Notes: generated by a model from the sequence alone, not told the origin. A stretch of DNA of 64,000 nucleotides from Candidatus Doudnabacteria bacterium RIFCSPHIGHO2_02_FULL_42_25 (GCA_001777665.1 MFEQ01000006.1:278300-342299), one strand, 5' to 3'; positions 46,973 through 56,498 are shown, counted from the stretch's first letter. Numbers and translations are program-made.

Positions 46973-48718
46973 ATGAGTAATATCTGGTTACAAATCAAAA
47001 ACTTTTTTCGCAATTTTTGGTTGGGAATACGAACATTGCGAACCCTGCGCCGAGGGCAGATTCCTCATATCCTCGAAAACTTTTCGAAAAAAGAATTCTA
47101 TACATTTATCGCCACCTTATTCTTCCTTGTGATCAGCGGTGGTTTTTTACTTGTCCAAGCATTTGCCGAAAAGGGTCCAGGCCCTCACTATGGTGGCGAA
47201 ATCGTGGAAGGGCTGGTGGGTCAACCTCAATTTATAAACCCACTTCTATCGCTAACCAGCAGCGTCGACACCGATGTCAGTCGAGTGGTCTATGCTCAGT
47301 TACTCAAATTTGATCAAGAACAAAATTTGACCACGGATTTAGCAGAAAGCATACCGACCGTAAGTGAAGACCAAAAAACTTATACTCTGAAACTAAAACC
47401 GAATCTTAAATGGTCAGATGGTAAGCCTCTCAATGCTGACGACGTCTTGTTTACCATCCAACGAATTCAAAATATCGAGTATGAATCCCCGCTTCGCCCG
47501 AACTGGTCTCGGGTCAAAGCCGAAAAAATTGATGATTTGAGTATTCAACTTACATTGCGCGAAGTTTCAGCAAGCTTCATGAACAATTTTACACTAGGCA
47601 TCATCCCGAAACACATCTGGGAAGAGCTCTCCCCTCGGAATTTCCGACTTTCTGACTCCAACCTCAAACCAATTGGCTCAGGACCATACACTGTGCGCGA
47701 AATTCGTAAAACTTCTGATGGTGACATCAAATCTATCACTTTGCGTGCCAACCAAAACTATCACGAAGGCTCTCCATATATCACGACTCTGACCTTCAGG
47801 TTTTACGATGACTACGATAGTTTGCTTGCAGCATACCAAGGCAAAGAAATCCAGAGCATAGGGTTTTTGCCATTTGATAAAAAAGCATTTCTATCCCAAT
47901 CCGATCGTGTAAATCAATACCGAGTCAACCTGCCCCAGTACCAAGCCGTATTTTTTAATCTCCCGAAGAATTCCATCCTCGCCGAAAAAGCTGTCCGTCA
48001 AGCGCTATGGCTCGCCACAGACCGCAACCAAATCATCACAGAAGTATTCAATGACAATGCCGCTCCCGCATTCGGTCCCATCTTACCGGGGAGTATGGGA
48101 TACAACGAAAAAATTGAAGAAAGTGTCCACTACAATCTCGATGAAGCAGTGATATTGTTAGAAAAGGCTGGATGGGTACTTCCACCTAACTCAACTGTGC
48201 GTGCCAAAAAAGATAAATTGTTAGAATTTAATTTAGCGCTCTCAGGAAATTTGGTTTTAAATGTCAAAACCGCGCAGCTACTCCAAAGCCAGTGGGAAAA
48301 AATCGGGGTTAAAATAAATTTAATTCCAGTCGGACCTGATGAACTCGAAACTGATTTCATCAGACCCCGCGCATTTGATGCATTACTTTTTTCTGAAAAT
48401 GTCGGGGCTGATCCAGACCCATTTCCATTCTGGCATGGGACCCAACGCAACGACCCTGGTCTCAATCTTTCTGGGTTTGTAAACACAGAAGCTGATAAAT
48501 TACTCACAGATGCCAGACAAACCATCGACGAAGCAACTCGGGTCAAAAATTATTTACGGTTCCAGGAAATTATCAATGATGAACTGCCTGCGATCTTTCT
48601 AGCCCGTTCTCTCTATATCTACAATGTCCCGAAAAAAATCCAGGGCATTAACCTCGACAATATCGTCAGCCCAGCTGACCGCTTCCTCGACATTAAGAAC
48701 TGGTATTTTAGTAACTAA
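46973..48718 (+). CDS. Peptide ABC transporter substrate-binding protein (family 5)
   Basis: L.PNLKWSDG.PL.ADDV.FT, PIGSGPY, VRQAL..A.DR. Confidence 0.92.
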   Translation: MSNIWLQIKNFFRNFWLGIRTLRTLRRGQIPHILENFSKKEFYTFIATLFFLVISGGFLLVQAFAEKGPGPHYGGEIVEGLVGQPQFINPLLSLTSSVDTDVSRVVYAQLLKFDQEQNLTTDLAESIPTVSEDQKTYTLKLKPNLKWSDGKPLNADDVLFTIQRIQNIEYESPLRPNWSRVKAEKIDDLSIQLTLREVSASFMNNFTLGIIPKHIWEELSPRNFRLSDSNLKPIGSGPYTVREIRKTSDGDIKSITLRANQNYHEGSPYITTLTFRFYDDYDSLLAAYQGKEIQSIGFLPFDKKAFLSQSDRVNQYRVNLPQYQAVFFNLPKNSILAEKAVRQALWLATDRNQIITEVFNDNAAPAFGPILPGSMGYNEKIEESVHYNLDEAVILLEKAGWVLPPNSTVRAKKDKLLEFNLALSGNLVLNVKTAQLLQSQWEKIGVKINLIPVGPDELETDFIRPRAFDALLFSENVGADPDPFPFWHGTQRNDPGLNLSGFVNTEADKLLTDARQTIDEATRVKNYLRFQEIINDELPAIFLARSLYIYNVPKKIQGINLDNIVSPADRFLDIKNWYFSN

Positions 48719-48739
48719 CCTGATAAAATATTAAACACT

Positions 48740-49273
48740 ATGAAATGCCCAAATAATCACGAATCATTTCAAGAAATTAAATTTGGCAACGTAAAAGTTG
48801 ATCGATGTTCTGAGTGCGAAGGATTGTGGTTTAACCATGATGAATTGAGACAGGCTAAAGACGTCCAAGATGAGTATGCCAAGTGGTTTGATGTGGATCT
48901 TTGGAAAGATGAAAAAGATTTTAAATCAACATCGAGTACCAAACTCTGTCCGATCGACAACGTTCCTCTGTATGAAATCGATTATGGTAATTCGGGAGTT
49001 AAAATTGATGCCTGTAAAACTTGCCAAGGGATTTGGTTAGATAAAGATGAATTCAAACACTTGATAGATTATATAAAAAAAAGCTATCCGTACGATCTGG
49101 CCTTTAATTATACGAAATCTATTCTTGAAGAAGGTAAAGAAATCTTTACTGGTCCAGAAAGTTTAAAATCAGAAATTACAGATTTCTTATTACTGGTAAA
49201 ACTCGTTCAGTTTAAAGTTTTTATAAGTCCTACGCTAACTAACGTCATTCTGAATCTGCCTCTGACAAAATAA
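48740..49273 (+). CDS. Protein with two zf-TFIIB-like zinc ribbons
   Basis: MKCP...VDRC..C.G.WF...EL, repeated as CP...IDAC..C.GIWLD..E. Confidence 0.85.
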   Translation: MKCPNNHESFQEIKFGNVKVDRCSECEGLWFNHDELRQAKDVQDEYAKWFDVDLWKDEKDFKSTSSTKLCPIDNVPLYEIDYGNSGVKIDACKTCQGIWLDKDEFKHLIDYIKKSYPYDLAFNYTKSILEEGKEIFTGPESLKSEITDFLLLVKLVQFKVFISPTLTNVILNLPLTK

Positions 49274-49297
49274 AGTTTTCAGGGTACGTGGCGGAAT

Positions 49298-49333
49298 CCC
49301 GGTAGCAGACGCTTCGCGTCGCTACGGGGCAGG
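49298..49333. repeat. 36-nt palindromic element in the outer tRNA D-loop
   Basis: CCCGGTAGCAGACGC-TTC-GCGTCGCTACGGGGCAGG; one end is CCTGCCC on the minus strand, like family A. Confidence 0.75.
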
Positions 49334-49369
49334 CTGGAATATTTATCCCGTACTAAATTTTGCAAGTAT

Positions 49370-49456
49370 GCTCGAGTGGTGGAACTGGCATACACGTACG
49401 CTTCAGGAGCGTATGACCGCAAGGTCGTGGGAGTTCAAATCTCCCCTCGAGCACCA
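49370..49456 (+). tRNA. tRNA-Leu(CAG), intact, nested
   Basis: GCTCGAG/CTCGAGC acceptor, TACGC-TTCAGGA-GCGTA, long variable arm, CCA; 87 nt. Confidence 0.96.
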
Positions 49457-49574
49457 AAATCAATTTGATAACTCAGCAAAATTTTAGTACGGAGCGCGCA
49501 CGCTTCAGGAGCGTGTGGGAGCAATCCCGTGAGAGTTCAAATCTCTCCGTACCCGCCAAAATAATACATTTACC

Positions 49575-49617
49575 CATCCCGGACTTGACCTGCCTGCCGG
49601 CAAGCAGGTCCGGGATC
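49575..49617. repeat. Hairpin nested in a hairpin
   Basis: CCTGCCTGCCGGCAAGCAGG (49589-49608) inserted in ATCCCGGACTTGA|TCCGGGAT. Confidence 0.75.
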
Positions 49618-49650
49618 TTCTTTTTTTTGTGGGGTTTCCAGCATTTATAT

Positions 49651-49795
49651 CGCATCTGCGAGCGACTGCTTTATCGATAAAGCGTTAACCTGGGCAGTCG
49701 CGTGGCAGTCTAAAACCCAAGCCAACCATGAGTCAGATTGCTTCGTCGGTGCCTAAGCTAATCCCTTAAGGACAAAGCACCTCCTCGCAAATGCG
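49651..49795. repeat. ~145-nt palindromic element
   Basis: CGCATCTGCGAG/CTCGCAAATGCG termini; GTCGCGTGGCAGTCT and AGATTGCTTCGTCG shared (inverted) with 15935-16056. Confidence 0.75.
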
Positions 49796-49797
49796 GT

Positions 49798-50662
49798 GGG
49801 TTCTCCAACCCTGATGGAACAAGGATATAATTGCATTAGCAATATTAACCCTTGTAACCATGATCGCAGCATTAAACCAAATCCCCTCAGAAGCCAAGAT
49901 TAAGAAACAATTAAGGCTAATCATCTTTGGTCAGAACGTTTCATGTCCCCATTGCCGGTCTAGAAGAATCATTGTTTTTGAGAAGCGATATCGTTGCAGA
50001 AGATGCCGGAAACGATTTAGCCTGTTGTCAGGTACCTGGCTTGCTGATATGAAAATTTCCCTCAGAACAATGTATGCGCTACTCTGGTGTTGGACCCAAA
50101 GGATTCCGGTATTGCAAACAGAGAAACTCTGTCATCTCTCAGAAAAGGCAGTCAGACACTGGTTTAGGGTCTTTAGGCTCCATTTGCCCCAGGTAGAGGC
50201 CGTTCTAGAGGGGAAGGTCCAAATGGATGAAGCATACTTTAAGAATCTTTCTCTGATCATGGCCAAACAGGTTGGCAGCAAACACCTAGCCCATCAGATG
50301 ATATTTAAAAACTCCGTAGACAAGACTGAAACAGCAAGATTCCTTTTCCATTGGGTCAAGCCTAACAGTAAACTGCAAACCGATGGCGGGGCGATGTACA
50401 AAAAGATTGACCAGTGGTGGCAAGTCAAGCATCGAGTTGATATTCATAAAAGATTCGAATTTGGCTTAACCTCAGAGATCGAAGGGATGTTCGGGAACTT
50501 AAGAACATTTATCCGAAGAATGTATCACCACACCAGCCCTGAATACTTACCAGAGTACGTGAGTGAATTCTGCGTCAGATTTTCCTCACCGGAAATCTTT
50601 AGTTCACCCAATGATTACTTATCTAAAACATTAAAGCCTGTTCCAACACGGTAGGATTACCC
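49798..50662 (+). mobile_element. IS1595-family insertion sequence, 865 bp
   Basis: Imperfect 24-bp TIRs (19/24) and an 8-bp TSD AATGCGGT at 49790-49797 and 50663-50670. Confidence 0.92.
49860..50654 (+). CDS. IS1595-family DDE transposase
   Basis: CPHC..RYRCRRC..F zinc finger, HTH, MDEAYF, TDGG..Y, IEG, Y..EF..RF. Confidence 0.9.
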   Translation: MIAALNQIPSEAKIKKQLRLIIFGQNVSCPHCRSRRIIVFEKRYRCRRCRKRFSLLSGTWLADMKISLRTMYALLWCWTQRIPVLQTEKLCHLSEKAVRHWFRVFRLHLPQVEAVLEGKVQMDEAYFKNLSLIMAKQVGSKHLAHQMIFKNSVDKTETARFLFHWVKPNSKLQTDGGAMYKKIDQWWQVKHRVDIHKRFEFGLTSEIEGMFGNLRTFIRRMYHHTSPEYLPEYVSEFCVRFSSPEIFSSPNDYLSKTLKPVPTR

Positions 50663-50832
50663 AATGCGGTCGTCTTGACAAAACCGCCAAAAAGGTGTAT
50701 AATTGTTGGTCAAAATAGAAAAACGAGCTTAGCAATTTGCGCATAAAATATTTATGCTTAAGATGCTCAGCTTGTGGTGATCCATATGAGGTGGATACAC
50801 AAGGGAGTCCTGGCTCAGGTAGAGCGATTACG

Positions 50833-51168
50833 GAGGAGATGGAAATGGCATTGAAGCTCGACGAGATGAAAGCGTCTGCAACGAGTCAGTTCGAGAAACT
50901 CGTCCTCGAGAAATTCGAATTCATGTGCAACCATGTCTACGCAAGCAACATCAAGCACTACCTCGACGAGGTGAACGAGCTGATCAGGGCCGCCCGGAAG
51001 CTCCATGTGACCGAGTCATCGACGTTCGGTGACGATGAGATCAAGACGGCAGTCGATGACCTCGCGGCTTTGCGAACGTTGAAGATGAACGACGAGACGC
51101 GTGCCTATCTCACCCCGCTCTTCGAACTGCACGGTCTGGACAGCATCATCGCGCAGCCCAAGAAGTAG
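50833..51168 (+). CDS. Hypothetical protein
   Basis: GGAGG RBS before ATG ~50839/50845 (start approximate), GC3-rich codons, terminator at 51175-51210. Confidence 0.6.
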   Translation, partial: EEMEMALKLDEMKASATSQFEKLVLEKFEFMCNHVYASNIKHYLDEVNELIRAARKLHVTESSTFGDDEIKTAVDDLAALRTLKMNDETRAYLTPLFELHGLDSIIAQPKK

Positions 51169-51343
51169 CTCGACGGGCGAGCGTGTCGCAGACACGCTCG
51201 CCTCCCCTTTCTCAAGTTTTCATTAAATTGCAGTTATGTTCATTGTTACGTGATTCTTGTACATGACTTTAGTCCAATGAGCGCTTACATAGGCTCAGAC
51301 GTTCTCAAAACCGGCTTTCTCTGCCACCTAAGGAGGGCTAGAG

Positions 51344-51610
51344 ATGAATTTAATTCGACGTTTCGTGGAAGCCTTTCGGCTGACCCTGCTTCGTCTGGAA
51401 TTGGCCCTACTCAAGTGGGATTGGACCGATTGCACGAATCGGATGATCGCGATCGGCAAGGCTATGGACGAGCTTTTTGAGGCCCGGCCCAAAGTTCCCG
51501 ATTTTGACAAGCAGGTCACTTACCTTCGCGTGCAATATCATGCCACCGTTAGTCTCAGGAACGAGGCTGAAAAACGGATCAACGCAATCAAGCGCAACAA
51601 TCCGCTTTAG
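51344..51610 (+). CDS. Hypothetical helical protein
   Basis: AAGGAGG RBS; 88 aa. Confidence 0.6.
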   Translation: MNLIRRFVEAFRLTLLRLELALLKWDWTDCTNRMIAIGKAMDELFEARPKVPDFDKQVTYLRVQYHATVSLRNEAEKRINAIKRNNPL

Positions 51611-51649
51611 GGTTACCATTCAACCGCAACACTTTCAGGAGACTCGCAA

Positions 51650-52513
51650 ATGACACGCATTCTCTCCCTCATCGTCCTCCTTGTCCTCGGCTTCGCGTTC
51701 ACGGTCTCGGCGCAGGAGCGCGTCACGATCACGCCGGTTCTCGAGTTCGGCAACTACAGCCACAGCGTCGACACCAGCGAAGGAGCCTCCGGATACGCCA
51801 GCACCGTATCGAAGCACAGCACGGTGCAGAAAGGCTTCGAAGTCCGGATGATCGGCAACGCTCGCTGGTCGACGAAGCTCCGCTTCACCACTGGTGGTAT
51901 CGACACCCCGAAGTACCGGCTGCAGTACAACGACGGTCGGGTCGACTCGTCCGGTTACTTCGAGAACACCACGAACGCACTGTTCGAGTTCAACGGAAGC
52001 AGCCGCGTTCTGGAAGCCATGGGCGAATACAGCCGCGGTCCGCTCACCTACCGATTCGGTGTTGGGTATCGCTTGCTGGAAACCGAGGATGCCGGGACGA
52101 TTTACGAGTTCTCTGGGTTCTCAGGGTTTAGCCGCGACGTTCGGAGCACAATCAGCGAAAGCTTCTTTGCGCCGAAGGTCGGCATCACTGCCAAGCATCG
52201 GTTCAACAAGCTCACTCCTCACGCGACAGTTGATCTCGCTCCGATGATCCGGCATGCCGGCCACTACACTTACCGTAGCGAAGGGTATCCGGACTACGAA
52301 AAGACCGGATCGACTTGGTCGTCGCGCGGACTCGATGTGGACCTCGGTGCGAGCTACTCAGTCCACAAGTACGTCGCGGTTGGCGCCGGTTGGCGGTATT
52401 CACGGATCTACACGGAGCGAACGGACTACCTGTTCACGAATCCGTACGGGCCGTCATTCCCCAACAACGACACCTGGGGAGGCCCATACTTCTCAGTCCG
52501 ACTCCAGAAGTAG
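51650..52513 (+). CDS. Secreted protein resembling an outer-membrane beta-barrel
   Basis: AGGAG RBS, signal peptide (VSA|Q), amphipathic strands (LDVDLGASY, VAVGAGWRY, GPYFSVRL). Confidence 0.65.
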   Translation: MTRILSLIVLLVLGFAFTVSAQERVTITPVLEFGNYSHSVDTSEGASGYASTVSKHSTVQKGFEVRMIGNARWSTKLRFTTGGIDTPKYRLQYNDGRVDSSGYFENTTNALFEFNGSSRVLEAMGEYSRGPLTYRFGVGYRLLETEDAGTIYEFSGFSGFSRDVRSTISESFFAPKVGITAKHRFNKLTPHATVDLAPMIRHAGHYTYRSEGYPDYEKTGSTWSSRGLDVDLGASYSVHKYVAVGAGWRYSRIYTERTDYLFTNPYGPSFPNNDTWGGPYFSVRLQK

Positions 52514-52542
52514 TTCGGTTCATCTCGTTCAACGTTTCCCCG

Positions 52543-52582
52543 AGGCGGACGCGCGCAAGCGCTGTCCGCCTCTTCTTTTTTT
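52543..52582 (+). terminator. Intrinsic terminator (duplicated at 53937-53972)
   Basis: AGGCGGACGCGCGCAAGCGCTGTCCGCCT followed by a T-tract. Confidence 0.8.
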
Positions 52583-52644
52583 AATTGTTGATTAAAGCTG
52601 CAAAAAATGCTATAAATTATAGTTCGTCAACAAGGAGGAAGACG

Positions 52645-53931
52645 ATGCATTGGTCACAGAAAAACGAAGACTCACACTTCGAGTACACCCAGAGCCTTCG
52701 CGATCAAGCACTGGGTCGAATCCTATGGGGTAAAATTCTGCTAGTGGCAGCAGCAGTATTTGTCGCAGTTCCATTCACAGTGGAGCGCGGCACCTGGGCC
52801 GCCGGAGTACTGGCTTTGATCCAGTTCGGGTTCATCTCCATCGGCTGGCGGCTGATCTACTTCAACCGTGTGACATTGTTCGACCTTCGGGATCGGTTTT
52901 GTTCTCGTAAGCTTATTCCCGAATCCCGTAGGTTTCGCAGGCTCAATCCGAGGGTCCACATTTGGATCCCAAAGATGAAGATCTTCTGCAAAACCAACGA
53001 CCTTCGGGAACTGGAACAGCGGTTTCTCGATTATCTTCACCGGGAGTTCCGACTCTTTCAGCATGAAGATCAACTCCATAAATGGGTGCCTATCAATAAC
53101 CGACTTTGGGAAGATCTTGAAGTCGATCTCCGCACCCGCTTCTATCTCAAAGAGGAGACAATCGACGAAATCTTCGCGAAGTGGAAGACGAGTCCCCCTC
53201 AGCCAGCGCGACGGAAGCAGTTTGTCCAAAAACTTACTGCTGCCCTAGAACACAAACAGTTCACACTCCGCTTGCAACGGCCGAAAGTGAACTCTGACTC
53301 CGCTGGTGAGAAAGTTGCTCCTGCTGCACCTTTTGATCCTATAGTGTTCTATGAACTGGAAGCGTCAAACGCCGTGAAGCCTGAAGCAATTGCACTTTAC
53401 AAACGCGGACTAAATGAACCCGAACGAAGGAAAAAAATCCGGTTATTCAAACAGGCGACTTGGATTGAGCGCCAATCTGAAAAACAGGAACCAGTACCCC
53501 TACAGGCTGACGTTAACCAGTTTTCGGCAACACCTCGAGAAGTTGAAGTTTTGGACCTCAGTGGTCTGATCGAGGAGCAGCTGTCGAAATTCATTCGCCC
53601 AGGTATCGATCCACGGATGGCAGTGGAAATCCTCATGGTCCTGGCTTCTCCAAGGCGTCGATTCAGGATCTGGGGTGATGAAACGGTCTTGGTTCGTCGG
53701 ATTCGTCGACGTTATGAAATTACCACCGGAAAACCATTTGAGCTGAGTACTCTTCGCAACACACTCAACTGGTTATCTGGCATTGGCGTCGTGATTTCAG
53801 AACCGGCGAAGTCCAATACTGTCGTCTACCACATCCCACGAAACTCTTCGTCAGCCCGAACTGACGAAGCGAAAGAGCTGATTCGAACAGTGTCAAAACT
53901 GCGAGAACTTCTCATTTCTGGGAAATACTAA
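52645..53931 (+). CDS. Hypothetical protein, 2 N-terminal TM helices, possible C-terminal wHTH
   Basis: AAGGAGG RBS before ATG 52645; TLRNTLNWL...GVV...VYH. Confidence 0.7.
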   Translation: MHWSQKNEDSHFEYTQSLRDQALGRILWGKILLVAAAVFVAVPFTVERGTWAAGVLALIQFGFISIGWRLIYFNRVTLFDLRDRFCSRKLIPESRRFRRLNPRVHIWIPKMKIFCKTNDLRELEQRFLDYLHREFRLFQHEDQLHKWVPINNRLWEDLEVDLRTRFYLKEETIDEIFAKWKTSPPQPARRKQFVQKLTAALEHKQFTLRLQRPKVNSDSAGEKVAPAAPFDPIVFYELEASNAVKPEAIALYKRGLNEPERRKKIRLFKQATWIERQSEKQEPVPLQADVNQFSATPREVEVLDLSGLIEEQLSKFIRPGIDPRMAVEILMVLASPRRRFRIWGDETVLVRRIRRRYEITTGKPFELSTLRNTLNWLSGIGVVISEPAKSNTVVYHIPRNSSSARTDEAKELIRTVSKLRELLISGKY

Positions 53932-53979
53932 ACTCAGGCGGACGCGCGCAAGCGTGTCCGCCTCTTTTCTTTATTTGCG

Positions 53980-54086
53980 GAAGCGAGGCACTTTGTAAAA
54001 TTAGCTCTCGCAGGACGACGGTCCGAGAGCGCAGGCCAAAAATTCAGCAGAATTTTATGGCCGGTAATTTTACAACAGTGCCGAGC
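53980..54086 (+). repeat. 107-nt structured element F, copy 2
   Basis: Aligns with 6911-7018. Confidence 0.92.
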
Positions 54087-54247
54087 TGTTATTGACAATT
54101 CGCGCGGCTGGGTGTATAATATATCTACATTGAATTACTCTTGAAAAAGTAAATAATCTAGTTAATACGATAAAGTTCGTATTTTTTGTGGATTTTCTTG
54201 TGTTAACTAGCGCTCAAGCCTTGGGTCAAGCCCTGCTTCGCGCTTGT

Positions 54248-54325
54248 CTACGAAGTACGAAAAGCTACGAAAATACGAAAAAGGTTAACCACTTCGTAAT
54301 TTCGTAAAAAATTCGTACTTCGTAG
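54248..54325. repeat. Empty (TACGAA)4/(TTCGTA)4 array upstream of rnj
   Basis: CTACGAA...TTCGTAG. Confidence 0.88.
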
Positions 54326-54364
54326 ATAAAATTTACCATTAGCATTAACACAAGAATAAATTTT

Positions 54365-56113
54365 ATGATTTTGCGTAAACAGCAAAACACCGCGGTTGCA
54401 ACACGACCGCAAGAACAAAAAGCGACTCCGCCAGCTGGCGGAAAAGCGACTTTAAAGGTCATCCCTCTCGGAGGTATCGAAGAAGTCGGGGAAAACATGA
54501 CAGTCCTAGAATATGGCGATGATATTCTCGTCATCGATATGGGACTTGGGTTCCCTGACGAAACCATGCCCGGGATCGACTACATCATTCCAAATACCAA
54601 ATATTTGGAAGATAACAAAAAGCGCATCAAAGGAGTAATTATTACTCACGGTCACTTGGACCACATAGGAGCCATTCCCTACATCATGCCGAAAATTGGC
54701 GATCCGCCAATCTACACCATGAAATTAACCGGTGAGCTGATTAAGAAGCGTTTGGAAGAATTCCATTTGCTCGGTCGCTCCCAGATTCATGAATTGAACA
54801 AAGACGATATTTTGACTTTGGGCAATTTCAGTATTCGATTTTTCCGAATCAACCACAACATCCCTGATGGTGTGGGGCTGGCGATCAAAACTCCAGCAGG
54901 ATTGCTGGTCTACGCTACTGACTGGAAATTCGATCACACACCAGTCGATGGTCGTCCATCAGAATTCGACAAACTAGCCAACTATGGCGGTGAGGGTGTG
55001 GCTCTGCTCATGTCAGATTCCACTAACGCCGAAAAGCCAGGCTATTCTATGTCTGAGAAAACTTTGGGAGAAACAATTGATCGGATTTTGCAAGATGCCA
55101 AAGGCCGTGTCATTTTCGCGACTTTCTCTACTCTGATTTCTCGTATCCAACAAGTTATCGATGCGGCTCACAAATCTAATCGCAAATTAGTAGTGACTGG
55201 ACGCTCCATGGTCAACAACATCGAAATTTGTTTGGCTACAAATTACCTGACGCTACCTGCTAAAGGTATGATTATAAAAATGGAACAAGCCAAAAAGCTT
55301 CCAGATAATCAAGTCGTCATTCTCACCACGGGTTCTCAAGGTGAAGAAGCAGCAGCCCTGGCTCGTATCGCGCGCAACGAGCACAAAACCATCCAGGTCA
55401 AAAAGGGAGATACTTGTGTAGTCTCAGCGAACCCAATTCCAGGGAACGAACGATCGGTTTCTTCCGTGCTTTCCAACCTGGCACGTCTGGGTGCTCGAGT
55501 TATCTATAATAAAAATCTAGACATTCACACTTCTGGACACGCTTATCAAGAAGATTTGAAGCTGATGATTGCTTTGACCAAACCCAAATTCTTCATGCCG
55601 ATTCACGGCGAGCATCACATGTTAGTGGCGCACGCCAATATCGCTTCGTCCGTCGGGATTCCCGATGATAACATCTTTACTCTGGACAATGGTCAGATGT
55701 TGGAACTAAGCACCACTGGAGTCCAGGTTCTGGAAGCCAAAATTCCAACTGGTTATGTTTTCGTCGATGGCCTGGGTGTTGGTGACGTCGGTGAAGTCGT
55801 CCTTCGCGACCGCCAAGTCATGGCCCAAGACGGCATGTTCGTCATCATTATGAAAATTGAACGCAACACCGGTAAAATTTCAGGACAACCTGACATTATC
55901 TCTCGCGGCTTTATCTATATGAAAGGATCAGAAGATCTGCTCAAAGAAGTAAAGCATGAAGTCAGAAAAGTTGTCGAAAGCAAAGGCAATGGCAAAGTCA
56001 AAGAACCCAACTGGGCCTATATCCGTTCCGAGGTTCGCGACCAAATCGGCGAATTTCTCTTCCAACGAACCGAACGCCGCCCAATGGTTTTGCCAGTAGT
56101 CATCGAGGTCTAA
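54365..56113 (+). CDS. rnj: Ribonuclease J
   Basis: PLGG.EEVG.NM, THGHLDHIG, DSTNA, TGSQGE, HTSGH, PIHGE. Confidence 0.97.
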   Translation: MILRKQQNTAVATRPQEQKATPPAGGKATLKVIPLGGIEEVGENMTVLEYGDDILVIDMGLGFPDETMPGIDYIIPNTKYLEDNKKRIKGVIITHGHLDHIGAIPYIMPKIGDPPIYTMKLTGELIKKRLEEFHLLGRSQIHELNKDDILTLGNFSIRFFRINHNIPDGVGLAIKTPAGLLVYATDWKFDHTPVDGRPSEFDKLANYGGEGVALLMSDSTNAEKPGYSMSEKTLGETIDRILQDAKGRVIFATFSTLISRIQQVIDAAHKSNRKLVVTGRSMVNNIEICLATNYLTLPAKGMIIKMEQAKKLPDNQVVILTTGSQGEEAAALARIARNEHKTIQVKKGDTCVVSANPIPGNERSVSSVLSNLARLGARVIYNKNLDIHTSGHAYQEDLKLMIALTKPKFFMPIHGEHHMLVAHANIASSVGIPDDNIFTLDNGQMLELSTTGVQVLEAKIPTGYVFVDGLGVGDVGEVVLRDRQVMAQDGMFVIIMKIERNTGKISGQPDIISRGFIYMKGSEDLLKEVKHEVRKVVESKGNGKVKEPNWAYIRSEVRDQIGEFLFQRTERRPMVLPVVIEV

Positions 56114-56114
56114 T

Positions 56115-56423
56115 ATGGAAGAACGAGACCGCCAAAGAGCTTTGGCAGAAATTGCTTCAGCCATCCGTCAGGAATTAGACAGTATACAAAGTGGTGAAGA
56201 ATTTCCAGGTACAAAAGCGTTTGAGTACATGCAAATCTTGCTTGATCTTATAGCTGACGAGACTGTTGCTCCACAAATTCCTAACATCAAGAAAAGCTTG
56301 GATGAAAGATTAAAAGAATTACAAGACGATTATAGTAAAGCTAGTCCTGAAGAGCGCTCAAAAATTGTTGAGAATATAAAAAAAGATCTTGAATCGTTCC
56401 TCAAACGATTCGAGTCAAGATAA
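56115..56423 (+). CDS. Hypothetical helical protein
   Basis: Starts 1 nt after the rnj stop; terminator downstream. Confidence 0.7.
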   Translation: MEERDRQRALAEIASAIRQELDSIQSGEEFPGTKAFEYMQILLDLIADETVAPQIPNIKKSLDERLKELQDDYSKASPEERSKIVENIKKDLESFLKRFESR

Positions 56424-56498
56424 TACAAACTAAAATCCCGGATCATTCCGGGGTTTTTATTTCCGAAAAAAGAGCCGCGAGTCATAATTTACTCGGGC

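Larger units (their letters stand above)
49282..49558 (+). pseudogene. Interrupted tRNA-Leu(CAG) with two D-arm insertions
   Basis: 49282-49297, 49334-49341 and 49495-49558 join into an 88-nt cloverleaf GGGTACG...CACGC-TTCAGGA-GCGTG...CGTACCCGCCA. Confidence 0.8.

Noticed and set aside
50737-53970. Orphan cluster as a prophage or defence island
   Set aside because: No phage hallmark, integrase or recognisable defence domain.
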